DNA of 60,592 nucleotides from NCBI RefSeq assembly GCF_039583805.1, contig NZ_JAVKSH010000002.1, positions 1-60,592 of the forward strand. Reading direction: 5' to 3'. Made by a program: the position numbers and the translations under genes. Origin of the DNA: Mycobacterium sp. Its GTDB lineage: Bacteria; Actinomycetota; Actinomycetes; Mycobacteriales; Mycobacteriaceae. Below, in pieces: positions 19,470-30,786 of the stretch (position 1 is the stretch's first letter; each line of letters starts with the position of its first letter). The notes under the pieces were generated by a model, which saw nothing but the letters and a program-made list of their open reading frames with translations, had not been told where the DNA came from and did not search any database.

Positions 19470-22337
19470 CTACTCCCTCATCAGAAGCGCGCGAACCAGC
19501 GGGCGGGGTCCGATAGATCGGAGCAGTTCGCTGGCCGGGCGGGGTCGCACTCTCAGCGGCCACCAGAACCAGCGTCCCAGCAGGGTGGCGATGGACGGCG
19601 TCATCAGCGAGCGCACGATCAAGGTGTCGATGAGCAGGCCCAAGCCGATGGTCGTCCCGCCCTCCTTGAGGGTGCTCAGCTCGTTGACCGCCAACGAGCC
19701 CATCGTGAAGGCAAACACCAGGCCCGCGGCGGTCACGACTGCGCCGGTGCCGCCCATGGAGCGGATGATGCCCGTCTTGAGGCCCGCGCCGATCTCCTCC
19801 TTGAACCGCGAGACCAGTAACAGGTTGTAGTCCGATCCCACCGCCAGCAGGATGGTGACCGAGAATGGCAGCACGATCCAGTGCAATTCCAAGCCGACGA
19901 GGTGCTGCCAGATCAACACCGACAGCCCGAAGCCTGTCCCCAGCGACAGCACCACCGTGCCGACGATCACCAGCGAGGCGACGAGCGCGCGGGTGATGAC
20001 CAGCATGACGATGAAGATCAGGATCAGCGCGGCCATGGCCTCGGTCAGGACGTCGTATTTGGTTGATTCTTGGATATCTTTGAACGACGCCGCGGTGCCG
20101 CCGAGGTACAGCTTGGCGCCGGCCAATGGGGTTCCCTTCACGGCTTCGCGCGCCGCCTTGATCTCCGAGTCGACGTGCGAGATGCCCTCCGGGGTCGCCG
20201 GATCCACGTCGTGGGTGACGATCATGCGGGTGGCCTTGCCGTCGGGGGAGACCAGCAGTCTGAGGCCGGCCTGGAAGTCCGGGCTGCCGAACACCTCCGG
20301 AGGCATGTAGAAAAGACCGTCTATTCTCGCGTCGTCGAAGTATTTGCCCATGTAGGTCGTCGTATCGGTCATGCGATCCATTTGAGTCAGCAGGTCCGAA
20401 AAACTGCTGTAGAGGGTCAAAAACGTGGTCTGCATAGACTTTGCGACGGCGATCATCGGCGGTATCAACGTGAGTATCTTCTCCGACGCGTCAGCGCTTC
20501 TTTGGAGATCTACGGCTAGATTGTGGAAATTCTCGGCGAGTTTGTCGAAGCCGTCCAAAGTGTCGAAGATAGACCGCAGCGACCAACATATGGGGATGTC
20601 GAAGCAGTGCTTATCCCAGTAGAAGTAGCTGCGGAATGGCCGCCAGAAATCATCAAAATCTGCGATGTGGTCCCGTATTTCATCCGTAATAGCGGCAGTA
20701 TCAGTTGTGACCCGAGCGCTATCGCTAATGGAATCGGATAGTTCTTCTTGCACGTTGTACATGCGCTCTAACGTCGCAATCTGGATGCCGAGGTCATCGC
20801 GACTCAGCTTGAGAATATCGTCCAACCGGTCCCTTAGATAGTGCAGGTTTTCCCTGATAGGGACCGGCTGCATGCCGATCTGAAATGGTATCGTGCCGTG
20901 CTCGATGTTGTATCCCAACGGCCTGGTGATGCTCTGCACCCTGGCGATGCCGGGAACCCGGAACATGTATTGGGCGATCCTGTCCAAGTCGAGCATGTCC
21001 GTCGGATTGCGCAGGTCGTGATCCGCCTCGACCAGCAGCAGGTCAGGATTCAATCTGGCGTGGGTGAAATGCTGTGTGGCGGCCCTGTCTCCGACATTGG
21101 ATACCAGGCCGGCCGGTATGTAGTAGCGGTCGTCGTAGCTGGTGCGATACCCGGGTAGGGTCAGCCCACCGACGAGAGACACGACCAGAGCGCCGGCAAG
21201 GATCGGTGCGGGCCATCGTACGATCGCGGCCGCGAGTCTGCGCCACCTGTAGACATTCATCTTTCGTTTGGCGTCGAGCAGGCCGAACCGGCCGCCGATG
21301 GCAATGACGGCCGGAACCAACGTCAGCGAGGCCGCGATCACGACGACCAGCGCCACCGCACACGGGATCGCCAAGGTATTCAGGTAGGGCAGGCGCGTCA
21401 ACCGAAGACACAGCATCGCGCCGGCGACGGTGAGGCCCGAGCCCAGGACAACGTGGGCAACCCCGCGATATGTGGTGTAAAACGCCGTCTCGCGGTCCTG
21501 GCCGGTCTCGCGGGCTTCATGATAGCGGCCGAGAAAAAATATCGCATAGTCCGTTCCCGCCGCGATTGAGAGCGACATGAGCAGGCTGACCGCAAAAGTG
21601 GTAAAGCCGAGCAGGTGAAAATTTCCAATGAACGCGGCGACTCCCCGCGCAACGGCCAATTCGACGAAGACCACGCCGAGCACAGCCAACACCGTCACGA
21701 TGGAGCGATAAACAATGAGCAACATGGCCGTGGCGACGCCGATCGTGATTGCCGTCCGCCTCGCCAGGCCCCGGTCTCCGGCTTCGGTGATGTCTGTGGT
21801 CAGCGGCGCCTGACCGGTGACATACGCCTTGATCCCCGCCGGGGGATGCGAGCGCGCCACGATGTTTTCCACCGCGTGCACCGACTCGTCCGCCCGCGTC
21901 TCGCCTTGATCGCCGGCGAGGTTGACCTGCACGTAGGCAGCCTTGCTGTCGGCGCTCTGGTTGCCCGCCGCCGTGACCAGCTCGCCCCAGTAGTTCTGCA
22001 CTTTCTCGACATGCGTGGTGTCCTGTTCGAGCTGGCGCACCAGATGGTCGTAGTAGCGGCGCGCCTCGGCGCCGAGCGGCTTCTCACCCACCAGCACCAC
22101 CATCGCGACGCTGTCGGAGTCGAACTCGTGAAACACCTTGCCCATACGCTTCATCGCGATCAACGACGGAGCGTCCTTGGGCAACAGGCCTACCGAGTTT
22201 TCCCGTTCAACCACATCCAGCCGCGGCACGAAGACACTGACGAAGACGGTAAGAGCCAGCCAGCCCAAAACAATCGGCACCGCCAGCTGCCGCAGTGCCC
22301 GCGCCACAACCGGCTTCTGGCCGTGACCGTCGTTCAT
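19470..22337 (-). CDS. mmpL: MmpL4/MmpL5-like RND transporter
   Basis: 955 aa; GTDY and GSDY proton-relay motifs, RVQSITRPLG, HCFDIPICW, LLGRWFWWP. Paralog number not assignable. Confidence 0.93.
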   Translation of the reverse strand: MNDGHGQKPVVARALRQLAVPIVLGWLALTVFVSVFVPRLDVVERENSVGLLPKDAPSLIAMKRMGKVFHEFDSDSVAMVVLVGEKPLGAEARRYYDHLVRQLEQDTTHVEKVQNYWGELVTAAGNQSADSKAAYVQVNLAGDQGETRADESVHAVENIVARSHPPAGIKAYVTGQAPLTTDITEAGDRGLARRTAITIGVATAMLLIVYRSIVTVLAVLGVVFVELAVARGVAAFIGNFHLLGFTTFAVSLLMSLSIAAGTDYAIFFLGRYHEARETGQDRETAFYTTYRGVAHVVLGSGLTVAGAMLCLRLTRLPYLNTLAIPCAVALVVVIAASLTLVPAVIAIGGRFGLLDAKRKMNVYRWRRLAAAIVRWPAPILAGALVVSLVGGLTLPGYRTSYDDRYYIPAGLVSNVGDRAATQHFTHARLNPDLLLVEADHDLRNPTDMLDLDRIAQYMFRVPGIARVQSITRPLGYNIEHGTIPFQIGMQPVPIRENLHYLRDRLDDILKLSRDDLGIQIATLERMYNVQEELSDSISDSARVTTDTAAITDEIRDHIADFDDFWRPFRSYFYWDKHCFDIPICWSLRSIFDTLDGFDKLAENFHNLAVDLQRSADASEKILTLIPPMIAVAKSMQTTFLTLYSSFSDLLTQMDRMTDTTTYMGKYFDDARIDGLFYMPPEVFGSPDFQAGLRLLVSPDGKATRMIVTHDVDPATPEGISHVDSEIKAAREAVKGTPLAGAKLYLGGTAASFKDIQESTKYDVLTEAMAALILIFIVMLVITRALVASLVIVGTVVLSLGTGFGLSVLIWQHLVGLELHWIVLPFSVTILLAVGSDYNLLLVSRFKEEIGAGLKTGIIRSMGGTGAVVTAAGLVFAFTMGSLAVNELSTLKEGGTTIGLGLLIDTLIVRSLMTPSIATLLGRWFWWPLRVRPRPASELLRSIGPRPLVRALLMRE

Positions 22338-22759
22338 GCGGCCTTGTCCAGGCAGAAAACTTGCGCGTTAAGACCGCTCGCGGACTGTTCGTCCCGGACC
22401 TCGCCGTCGACGACGATGCGGCAGCTGATCGTATCGCTGTCGCCCTGGGCCACCACGTTGGCGAAAACCCCGGGCAGAGTCGTGGTCACGGTGTAGGACC
22501 AAGGCAACGTGGCGAAATCGGCCCCGTGTGGCTGGGCGTTTTCGTCCAAGTAGCTGACATGTCCCACCGTGCCCGCGGGACCGACAACCTGGTACGTCAC
22601 CCGCTTGACATTGATCGGCACAATCGCTTCGACCTCGCCGGCCGCCGAAAGGCTGTGTGAGCCAAAGATTTTTTGTAGGCGGTAGGCGACAAAACCGCCG
22701 ACCATCACCACCGCCACAATGAGCAACGGTATCCATATCCGCTTGAGGACTCCCAGCAT
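22334..22759 (-). CDS. mmpS: MmpS accessory membrane protein
   Basis: WIPLLIV N-terminal TM, LPWSY, VAQGD, paired Cys (ISCRI..VFCLDKAA); ATGA overlap with mmpL. Confidence 0.93.
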   Translation of the reverse strand: MLGVLKRIWIPLLIVAVVMVGGFVAYRLQKIFGSHSLSAAGEVEAIVPINVKRVTYQVVGPAGTVGHVSYLDENAQPHGADFATLPWSYTVTTTLPGVFANVVAQGDSDTISCRIVVDGEVRDEQSASGLNAQVFCLDKAA

Positions 22760-23062
22760 CGCAACCTTTTTCAGCCGCCGACCCGGCGGTGCCCAGCCGA
22801 TCGACTCCGGCCGGCTCTACCCGATGACCCCGCGCCGCATCGTGGGCGGTTCGCGGATTCCTGGCCGGGCACGTGCCACACGACCGGAATATCGGGCGCG
22901 GCTGTTGGAATCGGAATCTGCAGCCGGCACGCGGCGTCGGGAAGCCGGCAGTCAATGGATGCCACGAAATCCAGCGTGGCGGGCACCCACCGGCCGTCGG
23001 CAGGGCGAACTTTACCTAGGAATTCGGCACCCAGGACGGCGCATTCGCGCTAGCATCGCTGC

Positions 23063-23863
23063 GTGACGACGACGTTGGGGGAGTTTCTCCGTGCGCGTCG
23101 CGAGGCGATCAGGCCTTCTCGGGGGCGCGACGGCGAGTTTCCCCGGCGACGACGCACCCCTGGGTTGCGCCGCGAGGAGGTGGCGGCGCGAGCCGGAATC
23201 AGCGCCGACTACTACGCACGTCTGGAACAGGGGCGCGAAAAGCACCCCTCGGTGCAGGTTCTCGGTGCCTTGGCGATTGCACTCGCCCTGTCGGCGGACG
23301 AGGCGGCCTACTTGCACGATCTCGCGATCCCACAACACCGATGGCAGTGGAAACCCGATTCACAGCAGGGCCCCGCGGAATATCTGCTTCTGCTCATGCA
23401 CGCATGGACACTCGGCCCTGCCTACATCGTCAACCGCCGGTGTGACGTGCTGGCCGAAAACCCACAAGCTTCATTGCTCTTCGACCAATTCGAGATCACC
23501 GGAAATGTTCTGCGTCTACTTTTCCTGGATTCCGAGGCGAAAACCTTCTGGGTGAACTGGGAATCATACGCCAAAACAACTATCGCTACTCTGCACCGCA
23601 TTATGGGTGTCGACGTCGACCAGCCCGATGTGGCTGATATTATTCGCGAATTATCCGACAAGAGCAACGACTTCCTTCGGATGTGGAAGAGTCACGATGT
23701 TGGCGTCTACGACGGCAGGGTCAAACGGCTCAAGCACCGTGATTTCGGTGAGCTCGAATTTGATTACGAGCTCTTTTCCGCCGCGAGTGCTCCGGGACAA
23801 TTCCTTGTCGTCCACAGAAACAGGAAGAGCGATTCTGCGTTTTCGATCGGACAATCAGCGTGA
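23063..23863 (+). CDS. MmyB-like XRE helix-turn-helix regulator with PAS-like ligand-binding domain
   Basis: LGEFLRARR..RRRTPGLRREEVA..GISADYYARLEQGR; PAYIVNRRCDVLAEN, NVLRLLF, MWKSHDV; TAGCAT -10 lies 6 nt before GTG. Confidence 0.9.
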   Translation: MTTTLGEFLRARREAIRPSRGRDGEFPRRRRTPGLRREEVAARAGISADYYARLEQGREKHPSVQVLGALAIALALSADEAAYLHDLAIPQHRWQWKPDSQQGPAEYLLLLMHAWTLGPAYIVNRRCDVLAENPQASLLFDQFEITGNVLRLLFLDSEAKTFWVNWESYAKTTIATLHRIMGVDVDQPDVADIIRELSDKSNDFLRMWKSHDVGVYDGRVKRLKHRDFGELEFDYELFSAASAPGQFLVVHRNRKSDSAFSIGQSA

Positions 23864-23985
23864 AGTCCGGGCGGTAGCCCGTCGTGTGTGCGCCCTCAGC
23901 CGGAGGGCGTTTGCGTTTGCGGCGCCAGAATCACGCCGGTAGCGCGAACTCGGTCGGGTCTTTTCCTCAGGACCAAACCGTCGCC

Positions 23986-23999
23986 TACGATCGAACCTC
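23986..23999 (+). promoter_or_regulatory. embA own -10 element
   Basis: TACGAT-CGAACCTC-GTG matches the layout of the M. tuberculosis embA upstream region as recalled (TACCAT-CGAGCCTC-GTG). Confidence 0.65.
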
Positions 24000-26900
24000 G
24001 TGCCCGCTCACCGCATCGCGCGCCTGGTCGCCGCCGTCGCGGGTATCGCCGGGGTGTTGCTGTGCGGCCTGGTTCCGCTGCTCCCGGTGAAACAGACCAC
24101 GGCGACCATCACCTGGCCGCAGGGCAGCACCGACGGACACGTCACCGGCATCACCGCACCGTTGGTGTCCGGAGCGCCGCGGGCACTGGACATCTCCATC
24201 CCCTGCCCGGCGATCGCGACCCTGCCCCCCGCCGGCGGGCTGGTGCTGTCGACGCTGCCGGTCGACGGGTTCCAAACCGGAAAAAGTGGGTTGTTCGTCC
24301 GTGCCGACAAAGACGTGGTCGTCGTCGCGTTCCGGGACTCGGTGGCTGCGGTTGCCCCGCGTCCGGCGATCGCCGCCGGGGGCTGCAACGCGCTGCACGT
24401 CTGGGCCGACACCGGCGGCGCGGGGGCGGACTTCCTCGGTATCCCAGGCGCCGCCGGCACCCTCGCCCCGGAAAAGAAACCGCAGGTGGGCGGGATTTTC
24501 ACCGACCTGAAAGTGCCCGCTCAACCGGGGCTGTCGGCGCGCGTCGACGTCGACACCCGCTTCATCACGGCACCCACCGCAGCCAAAGAGACGGCGATGG
24601 CCCTGGGTGGGCTGTCGGTGCTGGCGGCGATCGTCGCGCTGGCCGTTTTGGACCGGTATTCCGGGCGGCGGGCACCACGCACATGGCGGCACTTCCGGCG
24701 GGCCGGGGTCGCGACTGCCCCGCGAGACGGTGGGGGTACCTCCCGCTTGCGGGCGAGTGCCCCCAGGCTCGTCGACGTCGGCGTGATCGGGGTGCTGCTG
24801 GTCTGGCACGTCATCGGCGCCACGTCGTCGGATGACGGCTACAACCTGACCATCGCGCGGGTGGCGCCCAAGGCCGGCTATGTGGCCAACTACTACCGTT
24901 ACTTCGGCGCCACCGAGGCTCCGTTCGACTGGTACCTGGGCCTGCTCGCGCACATGACGGCGGTGAGCACCGCCGGCGTCTGGATGCGACTGCCGGCCAC
25001 GCTGGCCGGGATCGGCTGCTGGCTGGTCATCAGCCGCTACATGCTGCTCCGGCTGGGCCCCGGACGAAGCGGCCTGGCCGCCAACCGGGTGGCGGTGTGG
25101 ACTGCGGGGGCGGTGTTTCTGGCCGCCTGGCTGCCGTTCAACAACGGTCTTCGGCCCGAGCCGCTGATCGCACTCGGCGTGGTGGTCACCTGGGTGCTGG
25201 TGGAGAACGCGATCGCCACCCGACGGCTGGCGCCGGCGGCGGCGGGAATCGTGGTCGCAACCGTGACCGCGACGCTCGCGCCGCAGGGGCTGATCGCGGT
25301 CGCCCCGCTGCTGACCGGCTCCCGGGCGATCGCCCGGACGATCGCCGCGCGCCGGCCCGCCGACGGCCTGTGGGCGCCGCTGGCGGTGCTGGCGGCCTCG
25401 CTGTCGCTGATCACGGTCGTGGTGTTCCGTTCGCAGACCCTGGCAGGGGTCGCCGAGTCGGCGCGGATCAAATACGTTGTCGGGCCGACGATCGCCTGGT
25501 ATCAAGACTTCCTGCGCTACTACTTCCTCACCGTCGAGGAGAACGTCGACGCCTCGATGACCCGCCGCTTCGGTGTGCTGGTGTTGTTGCTGTGCCTGTT
25601 CGGAATGATCGCGGTGTTGCTGCGCCGCGGCCGGGTGCCGGGGCTGGCCAGCGGGGCGGCGTGGCGGCTGATCGGCAGCTGCGCGGTCGGGTTGCTGCTG
25701 CTGACGTTCACGCCGACGAAGTGGGCGGTGCAGTTCGGCGGGTTCGCCGGGCTGGCCGGAGCGCTCGGCGCGGTCACCGCTTTCGCCGTCGGCCGGGTCG
25801 GCCTGCACAGCCGCCGCAACCTTTCGCTGTATGTCACGGCGTTGCTGTTCGTCCTGGCCCTGGCGACCTCGGGCATCAACGGCTGGTTCTACGTCGGCAA
25901 CTACGGGGTGCCGTGGTACGACCTGCAGCCGGTGATCGCCAGCCATCCGGTGACCTCGATGTTCCTGGCCGCCTCGATCGCGACCGGGCTGCTGGCCGCC
26001 TGGCAGCACTTCCGGCTGGACTACGCCGGGCACACCGAGGTCAAGGACAACCGGCGCAACCGCATCCTGGCGTCCACCCCGCTGCTGGTCGTCGCCGCGA
26101 TCATGGTGCTCGTCGAGGTCGGCTCGATGGCCAAAGCCGCCGCCGTCCGCTATCCGCTGTACACCACCGCCAAGGCGAACCTCGCGGCACTGGAGTCGGG
26201 CCTGTCGACGAGCAGTTGCGCGATGGCCGACGACGTGCTGGCCGAGCCGGACGCCAATGCCGGCCTGCTGCACCCGGTTCCGGGACAAACCTTCGGCCCG
26301 GACGGCCCACTCGGCGGGGTGAACCCGATCGGCTTCACCCCCAACGGGGTCGGCGAGGACCTGTCGTCGGACCCGGTGATCTCCAAGCCCGGCCTGGTCA
26401 ACTCCGACGCCTCCCCCAACAAGCCCAACGCCGCGATCAGCGACTCGGCCGGCACCGCCGGCGGCGTGCTGCCCAAGGATGCGCCGGCCGGGGTGAACGG
26501 CTCACGGGCCGCGCTGCCGTTCGGCCTGGACCCGGCCCGCACCCCGGTGATGGGCAGCTACGGCGAGAACAACCTCGCCGCCACCGCCACCTCGGCGTGG
26601 TACCAGCTGCCGCCCCGCACACCGGACCGGCCGCTGGTGGTGATCTCGGCCGCCGGCGCTATCTGGTCGTATAAAGAAAACGGCGACTTCGACTACGGCC
26701 AACAGCTCAAACTCGAATGGGGCGTCACCCGGGCCGACGGCGGCACCGCGGCGATCGGGCAGGTCTACCCCATCGACCTCGGGCCGCAGCCGGCGTGGCG
26801 CAACCTGCGGTTCCCGCTGGCCTGGGCGCCGCCGGCGGCCAACGCCGCCCGCGTCGTCGCCTACGACCCCAACCTGAGCTCCGAGCAGTGGTTCGCGTTC

Positions 26901-27317
26901 ACGCCGCCGCGGGTGCCGGTGCTGCAAACCCTGCAGCAGCTGGTCGGCTCGCACACCCCGGCGCTGATGGACATCGCGACCGCCGCGAACTTCCCGTGCC
27001 AGCGACCGTCCACCGAACACCTCGGCGTGGCCGAACTCCCGGCCTACCGCATCCTGCCCGACCACAAGCAGACGGCGGCGTCGTCGAACCTGTGGCAGTC
27101 GGGCGAGGACGGCGGGCCGTTCCTGTTCACCCAAGCGCTGCTGTGGACGTCCACGATCCCAACCTATCTGCGCGACGACTGGTACCGGGACTGGGGATCG
27201 GTGGAGCAGTACCACCGCCTGGTGCCGGCCGAGCAGGCGCCCGACGCCGACATTGCACAGGGCGTCGTCACCGCGTACGGCTGGAGCCGACAGGGACCGA
27301 TTCGGGCACTGCCATGA
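24000..27317 (+). CDS. embA: Arabinosyltransferase EmbA
   Basis: [34 protein letters not shown]. Confidence 0.96.
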   Translation: MPAHRIARLVAAVAGIAGVLLCGLVPLLPVKQTTATITWPQGSTDGHVTGITAPLVSGAPRALDISIPCPAIATLPPAGGLVLSTLPVDGFQTGKSGLFVRADKDVVVVAFRDSVAAVAPRPAIAAGGCNALHVWADTGGAGADFLGIPGAAGTLAPEKKPQVGGIFTDLKVPAQPGLSARVDVDTRFITAPTAAKETAMALGGLSVLAAIVALAVLDRYSGRRAPRTWRHFRRAGVATAPRDGGGTSRLRASAPRLVDVGVIGVLLVWHVIGATSSDDGYNLTIARVAPKAGYVANYYRYFGATEAPFDWYLGLLAHMTAVSTAGVWMRLPATLAGIGCWLVISRYMLLRLGPGRSGLAANRVAVWTAGAVFLAAWLPFNNGLRPEPLIALGVVVTWVLVENAIATRRLAPAAAGIVVATVTATLAPQGLIAVAPLLTGSRAIARTIAARRPADGLWAPLAVLAASLSLITVVVFRSQTLAGVAESARIKYVVGPTIAWYQDFLRYYFLTVEENVDASMTRRFGVLVLLLCLFGMIAVLLRRGRVPGLASGAAWRLIGSCAVGLLLLTFTPTKWAVQFGGFAGLAGALGAVTAFAVGRVGLHSRRNLSLYVTALLFVLALATSGINGWFYVGNYGVPWYDLQPVIASHPVTSMFLAASIATGLLAAWQHFRLDYAGHTEVKDNRRNRILASTPLLVVAAIMVLVEVGSMAKAAAVRYPLYTTAKANLAALESGLSTSSCAMADDVLAEPDANAGLLHPVPGQTFGPDGPLGGVNPIGFTPNGVGEDLSSDPVISKPGLVNSDASPNKPNAAISDSAGTAGGVLPKDAPAGVNGSRAALPFGLDPARTPVMGSYGENNLAATATSAWYQLPPRTPDRPLVVISAAGAIWSYKENGDFDYGQQLKLEWGVTRADGGTAAIGQVYPIDLGPQPAWRNLRFPLAWAPPAANAARVVAYDPNLSSEQWFAFTPPRVPVLQTLQQLVGSHTPALMDIATAANFPCQRPSTEHLGVAELPAYRILPDHKQTAASSNLWQSGEDGGPFLFTQALLWTSTIPTYLRDDWYRDWGSVEQYHRLVPAEQAPDADIAQGVVTAYGWSRQGPIRALP
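24731..24753. repeat. MIRU-like mini-hairpin (TGGGGGTACCTCCCGCTTGCGGG) inside embA
   Basis: CCCGC-TT-GCGGG hairpin; related copy at 47483-47506; resembles the internal segment of long MIRUs (recalled). Confidence 0.55.
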
Positions 27318-30300
27318 CACTCACCCAAGCTGCCGAACCCGCCGCCACCCGAACCGCTGCCGGTGACGTCCGGGTGGCGCGCTGGGTGGCGACGATCGCC
27401 GGACTGGTCGGCTTCGTGCTGTCGGTCGCCACACCGTTGCTGCCCGTCGTCCAGACCACCGCGACGCTCAGCTGGCCGCAGCAGGGCCGGCTGGCCAGCG
27501 TGACGGCGCCGCTGATTTCGCTCACCCCCGTCGCGATGACCGTCGAAGTGCCGTGCGACGTGATCCGTGCCATGCCGCGCAACGGCGGCCTGGTGGTGGG
27601 CACCACCCCCAAGCAGGGCAAGGATGCCTCGCTCAACGGGCTGTTCGTCGACGTCACCAGCCGGCGGGTCGACGTCACCGACCGCAACGTGGTGATCATC
27701 AGCGTGCCGCGCGCCCAGGTCAACGGGACCGGGGATGTCGCGGGATGTTCCAGGATCGAGATCACCTCCACCCACGCGGGCACCTACGCCGCCTTCGTCG
27801 GGCTGACCGACCCGGCCGGGCATCCACTGCGCTCCGGCTACCCCGACCCGAACCTGCGGCCGCAGGTGGTCGGGGTGTTCACCGACCTGACCGGTCCGGC
27901 GCCGCCCGGGCTGCGCCTCTCGGCGACCATCGACACCCGGTTCTCCACGACGCCGACCGCGCTCAAGCTGTCCGCAATGCTGCTCGCGGTCGCCGCCACC
28001 GTCGTCGCGCTGGTCGCGCTGTGGCGGCTGGACCGCATGGACGGCCGCCGGATGCACCGACTCGTCCCCGCCCGCTGGCACGGCTTCACGCCGGCCGACG
28101 CCACCGTGATCGTCGTGTTCGGGCTCTGGCATGTGATCGGGGCGAACTCGTCGGACGACGGCTACGTCCTGGGTATGGCCCGGGTGGCCGACCACGCCGG
28201 CTACATGTCCAACTACTTCCGCTGGTTCGGCAGCCCCGAGGACCCGTTCGGCTGGTACTACAACCTGCTGGCGCTGATGACCCACGTCAGCGACGCCAGC
28301 ATCTGGATCCGGCTGCCCGACCTGGTCGCCGGGCTGCTGTGCTGGCTGCTGCTGTCCCGCGAGGTGCTGCCCCGGCTGGGGCCCGCGGTGGCGGCCAGCA
28401 AGCCCGCGGTGTGGGCGGCCGCGACGGTGCTGCTGGCCGCGTGGATGCCGTTCGACAACGGCCTGCGGCCCGAGGGGATCATCGCGGCAGGCTCGCTGGT
28501 CACCTACGTGCTGATCGAGCGGTCGATGTACTTCGGGCGCATGACGCCGGCGGCGCTGGCGGTCGTCACCGCCGCGTTCACGCTCGGCATCCAGCCCACC
28601 GGCCTGATCGCGGTGGCCGCTCTGGTAGCGGGTGGCCGGCCGATCCTGCGGATCCTGGTGCGCCGGCACCGCCTGGTCGGCACCTGGCCGCTGGTGGCCC
28701 CGCTGCTGGCGGCCGGCACCGTGGTGCTAACGGTCGTGTTCGCCGACCAGACACTGCGGGCGGTGTTGGAAGCCACCAGGATTCGCGCGGCGATCGGGCC
28801 CAGCCAGGCGTGGTACACCGAGAACCTGCGCTACTACTACCTGTTCCTGCCCACCGTCGACGGGTCGCTGTCGCGCCGGTTCGGCTTTTTCATCACCGCG
28901 CTGTGCCTGTTCACCGCGATGTTTATCATGTTGCGCCGCAAACGGATTCCCGGCGTGGCCCGGGGGCCGGCATGGCGTCTGATGGGTGTCATATTCGGCA
29001 CCATGTTCTTCATGATGTTCGCGCCCACCAAGTGGGTGCACCACTTCGGCCTGTTCGCCGCGGTGGGCGCGGCGATGGCCGCGCTGGCAACGGTGCTGGT
29101 GTCGCCGGCGGTGCTGCGCTGGCCGCGAAACCGGATGGCGTTCGTGGCGGCGGTGTTTTTCCTGCTCGCGTTGTGCTTCGCCACCACCAACGGCTGGTGG
29201 TATGTGTCCAGCTACGGCGTGCCGTTCAACAGCGCAATGCCGAAGGTCGGCGGAATAACCTTCAGCACAATATTTTTCGCGTTGTTCGCGCTGACCGCAC
29301 TGTATGCGACCTGGTTGCACTTCGCCCCCCGCGACCACGGCGCCGGCCGGCTGTCGCGTGCGTTGACGGCGGCACCGGTGCCGATCGCCGCCGGTTTCAT
29401 GGTCTGCGTGTTCGTCGCGTCGATGGTGGCCGGGATCGTGCGTCAGTACCCCACCTACTCCAACGGCTGGGCCAACCTGCGGGCGTTCACCGGCGGCTGC
29501 GGTCTGGCCGACGACGTGCTCGTCGAACCGGACACCAACGCGGGCTTCATGCCCGCAGTGCCCGGTGATTACGGCGATCTGGGCCCCCTCGGCGGGGTGG
29601 GCCCGGTGGGCTTCACGGCGAACGGTGTACCGGAACACACTGTCGCCGAGGCAGTTCGGATGACGCCGCCGCAGCCGGGCACCGACTACGACTGGGACGC
29701 GCCGACCAAACTCACCAGGCCCGGCATCAACGGCTCGACGGTGCCGCTGCCGTACGGCCTTGACCCGGCGCGGGTTCCGGTGGCCGGCAGCTACACCACC
29801 GGCCCGCAGCAGCAGAGCCTGCTCACCTCCGCGTGGTACCAACTGTCCCGCCCCGACGACGGGCACCCGCTGATAGTGGTGACCGCGGCGGGCAAGATCG
29901 CCGGCAACAGCGTGCTGCACGGGCACACCGACGGGCAGGCCGTGGTGCTGGAATACGCACGTGCCGACCTCGTTCCGGCCGGGCGGCTGGTGCCCTACGA
30001 TCTGTACGGCGAGCAGCCCAAGGTGTGGCGCAACCTGCGCTTCGCGCGTGCCAAGGTGCCGCCGGATGCGACCGTGGTGCGGGTGGTGGTGCAGGACCTC
30101 TCGCTGACCCCGCAGGACTGGGTCGCGGTGACTCCGCCGCGGGTGCCGAACCTGCGTTCGCTGCAGGAGTACGTCGGCTCGTCGCAGCCGGTGCTGATGG
30201 ACTGGGCTGTCGGCCTGGCCTTCCCGTGCCAGCATCCGATGCTGCACGCCAACGGTGTGACCGAGATCCCGAAGTTCCGCATCACCCCGGACTACATGGC

Positions 30301-30538
30301 CAAAAAGCAGGACACCGACACTTGGGAGGACGGCGTCAACGGGGGTCTCTTGGGCATCACCGACGTGCTGTTGCGCGCGCACGTGATGGCCACATACCTG
30401 TCCCGCGACTGGGGCCGCGACTGGGGGGCGCTGCGCATGTTCGACACGATCGTGAATGCCGAGCCCGCGCAGCTCGAGTTGGGCACCGCCACCCGCACCG
30501 GGTGGTGGTCACCCGGACCGATCCGGATCAAGCCGTAG
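27314..30538 (+). CDS. embB: Arabinosyltransferase EmbB
   Basis: [35 protein letters not shown]; ATGA overlap with embA. Confidence 0.96.
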   Translation: MTLTQAAEPAATRTAAGDVRVARWVATIAGLVGFVLSVATPLLPVVQTTATLSWPQQGRLASVTAPLISLTPVAMTVEVPCDVIRAMPRNGGLVVGTTPKQGKDASLNGLFVDVTSRRVDVTDRNVVIISVPRAQVNGTGDVAGCSRIEITSTHAGTYAAFVGLTDPAGHPLRSGYPDPNLRPQVVGVFTDLTGPAPPGLRLSATIDTRFSTTPTALKLSAMLLAVAATVVALVALWRLDRMDGRRMHRLVPARWHGFTPADATVIVVFGLWHVIGANSSDDGYVLGMARVADHAGYMSNYFRWFGSPEDPFGWYYNLLALMTHVSDASIWIRLPDLVAGLLCWLLLSREVLPRLGPAVAASKPAVWAAATVLLAAWMPFDNGLRPEGIIAAGSLVTYVLIERSMYFGRMTPAALAVVTAAFTLGIQPTGLIAVAALVAGGRPILRILVRRHRLVGTWPLVAPLLAAGTVVLTVVFADQTLRAVLEATRIRAAIGPSQAWYTENLRYYYLFLPTVDGSLSRRFGFFITALCLFTAMFIMLRRKRIPGVARGPAWRLMGVIFGTMFFMMFAPTKWVHHFGLFAAVGAAMAALATVLVSPAVLRWPRNRMAFVAAVFFLLALCFATTNGWWYVSSYGVPFNSAMPKVGGITFSTIFFALFALTALYATWLHFAPRDHGAGRLSRALTAAPVPIAAGFMVCVFVASMVAGIVRQYPTYSNGWANLRAFTGGCGLADDVLVEPDTNAGFMPAVPGDYGDLGPLGGVGPVGFTANGVPEHTVAEAVRMTPPQPGTDYDWDAPTKLTRPGINGSTVPLPYGLDPARVPVAGSYTTGPQQQSLLTSAWYQLSRPDDGHPLIVVTAAGKIAGNSVLHGHTDGQAVVLEYARADLVPAGRLVPYDLYGEQPKVWRNLRFARAKVPPDATVVRVVVQDLSLTPQDWVAVTPPRVPNLRSLQEYVGSSQPVLMDWAVGLAFPCQHPMLHANGVTEIPKFRITPDYMAKKQDTDTWEDGVNGGLLGITDVLLRAHVMATYLSRDWGRDWGALRMFDTIVNAEPAQLELGTATRTGWWSPGPIRIKP

Positions 30539-30554
30539 CCCCGGGGACAAGTGA

Positions 30555-30615
30555 TGTCTGGGCGCACAGGGTGTCTGGGCGCACAGGATGTCTGGGCGCA
30601 CAGGGTGTCTGGGCG
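30555..30615. repeat. 17-bp tandem repeat x3.6 (TGTCTGGGCGCACAGGR)
   Basis: Read directly, downstream of embB. Confidence 0.9.
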
Positions 30616-30786
30616 GAAGTGGTTTCTTTTCAGGCTATTTCGCGGTTTGTGGTAGCCGCGGCCCGCTGAGCTATCGACGGGCGTGAACGCACCAGTGAGC
30701 CTGCTGGGCGGCCGATCAGCCGGCACACAATACTGGCGCTGCGAGCGTTCAAGGGGCTGCGCCCCGGTGTGAGCACCGGAAAATCT

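Noticed and set aside
19456-23985. Target-site duplication or att sites around the mmpSL cassette
   Set aside because: Only an 8-bp GC-rich inverted match was found by eye, which is not significant; the cassette is not called a mobile element.
26717-27313. Long N-terminal extensions in ORF-track calls of embB, embC, aftA, bpa, the Rv3788 homolog and the Rv3818 homolog
   Set aside because: They overlap upstream genes; downstream starts match orthologs and stop-start coupling.
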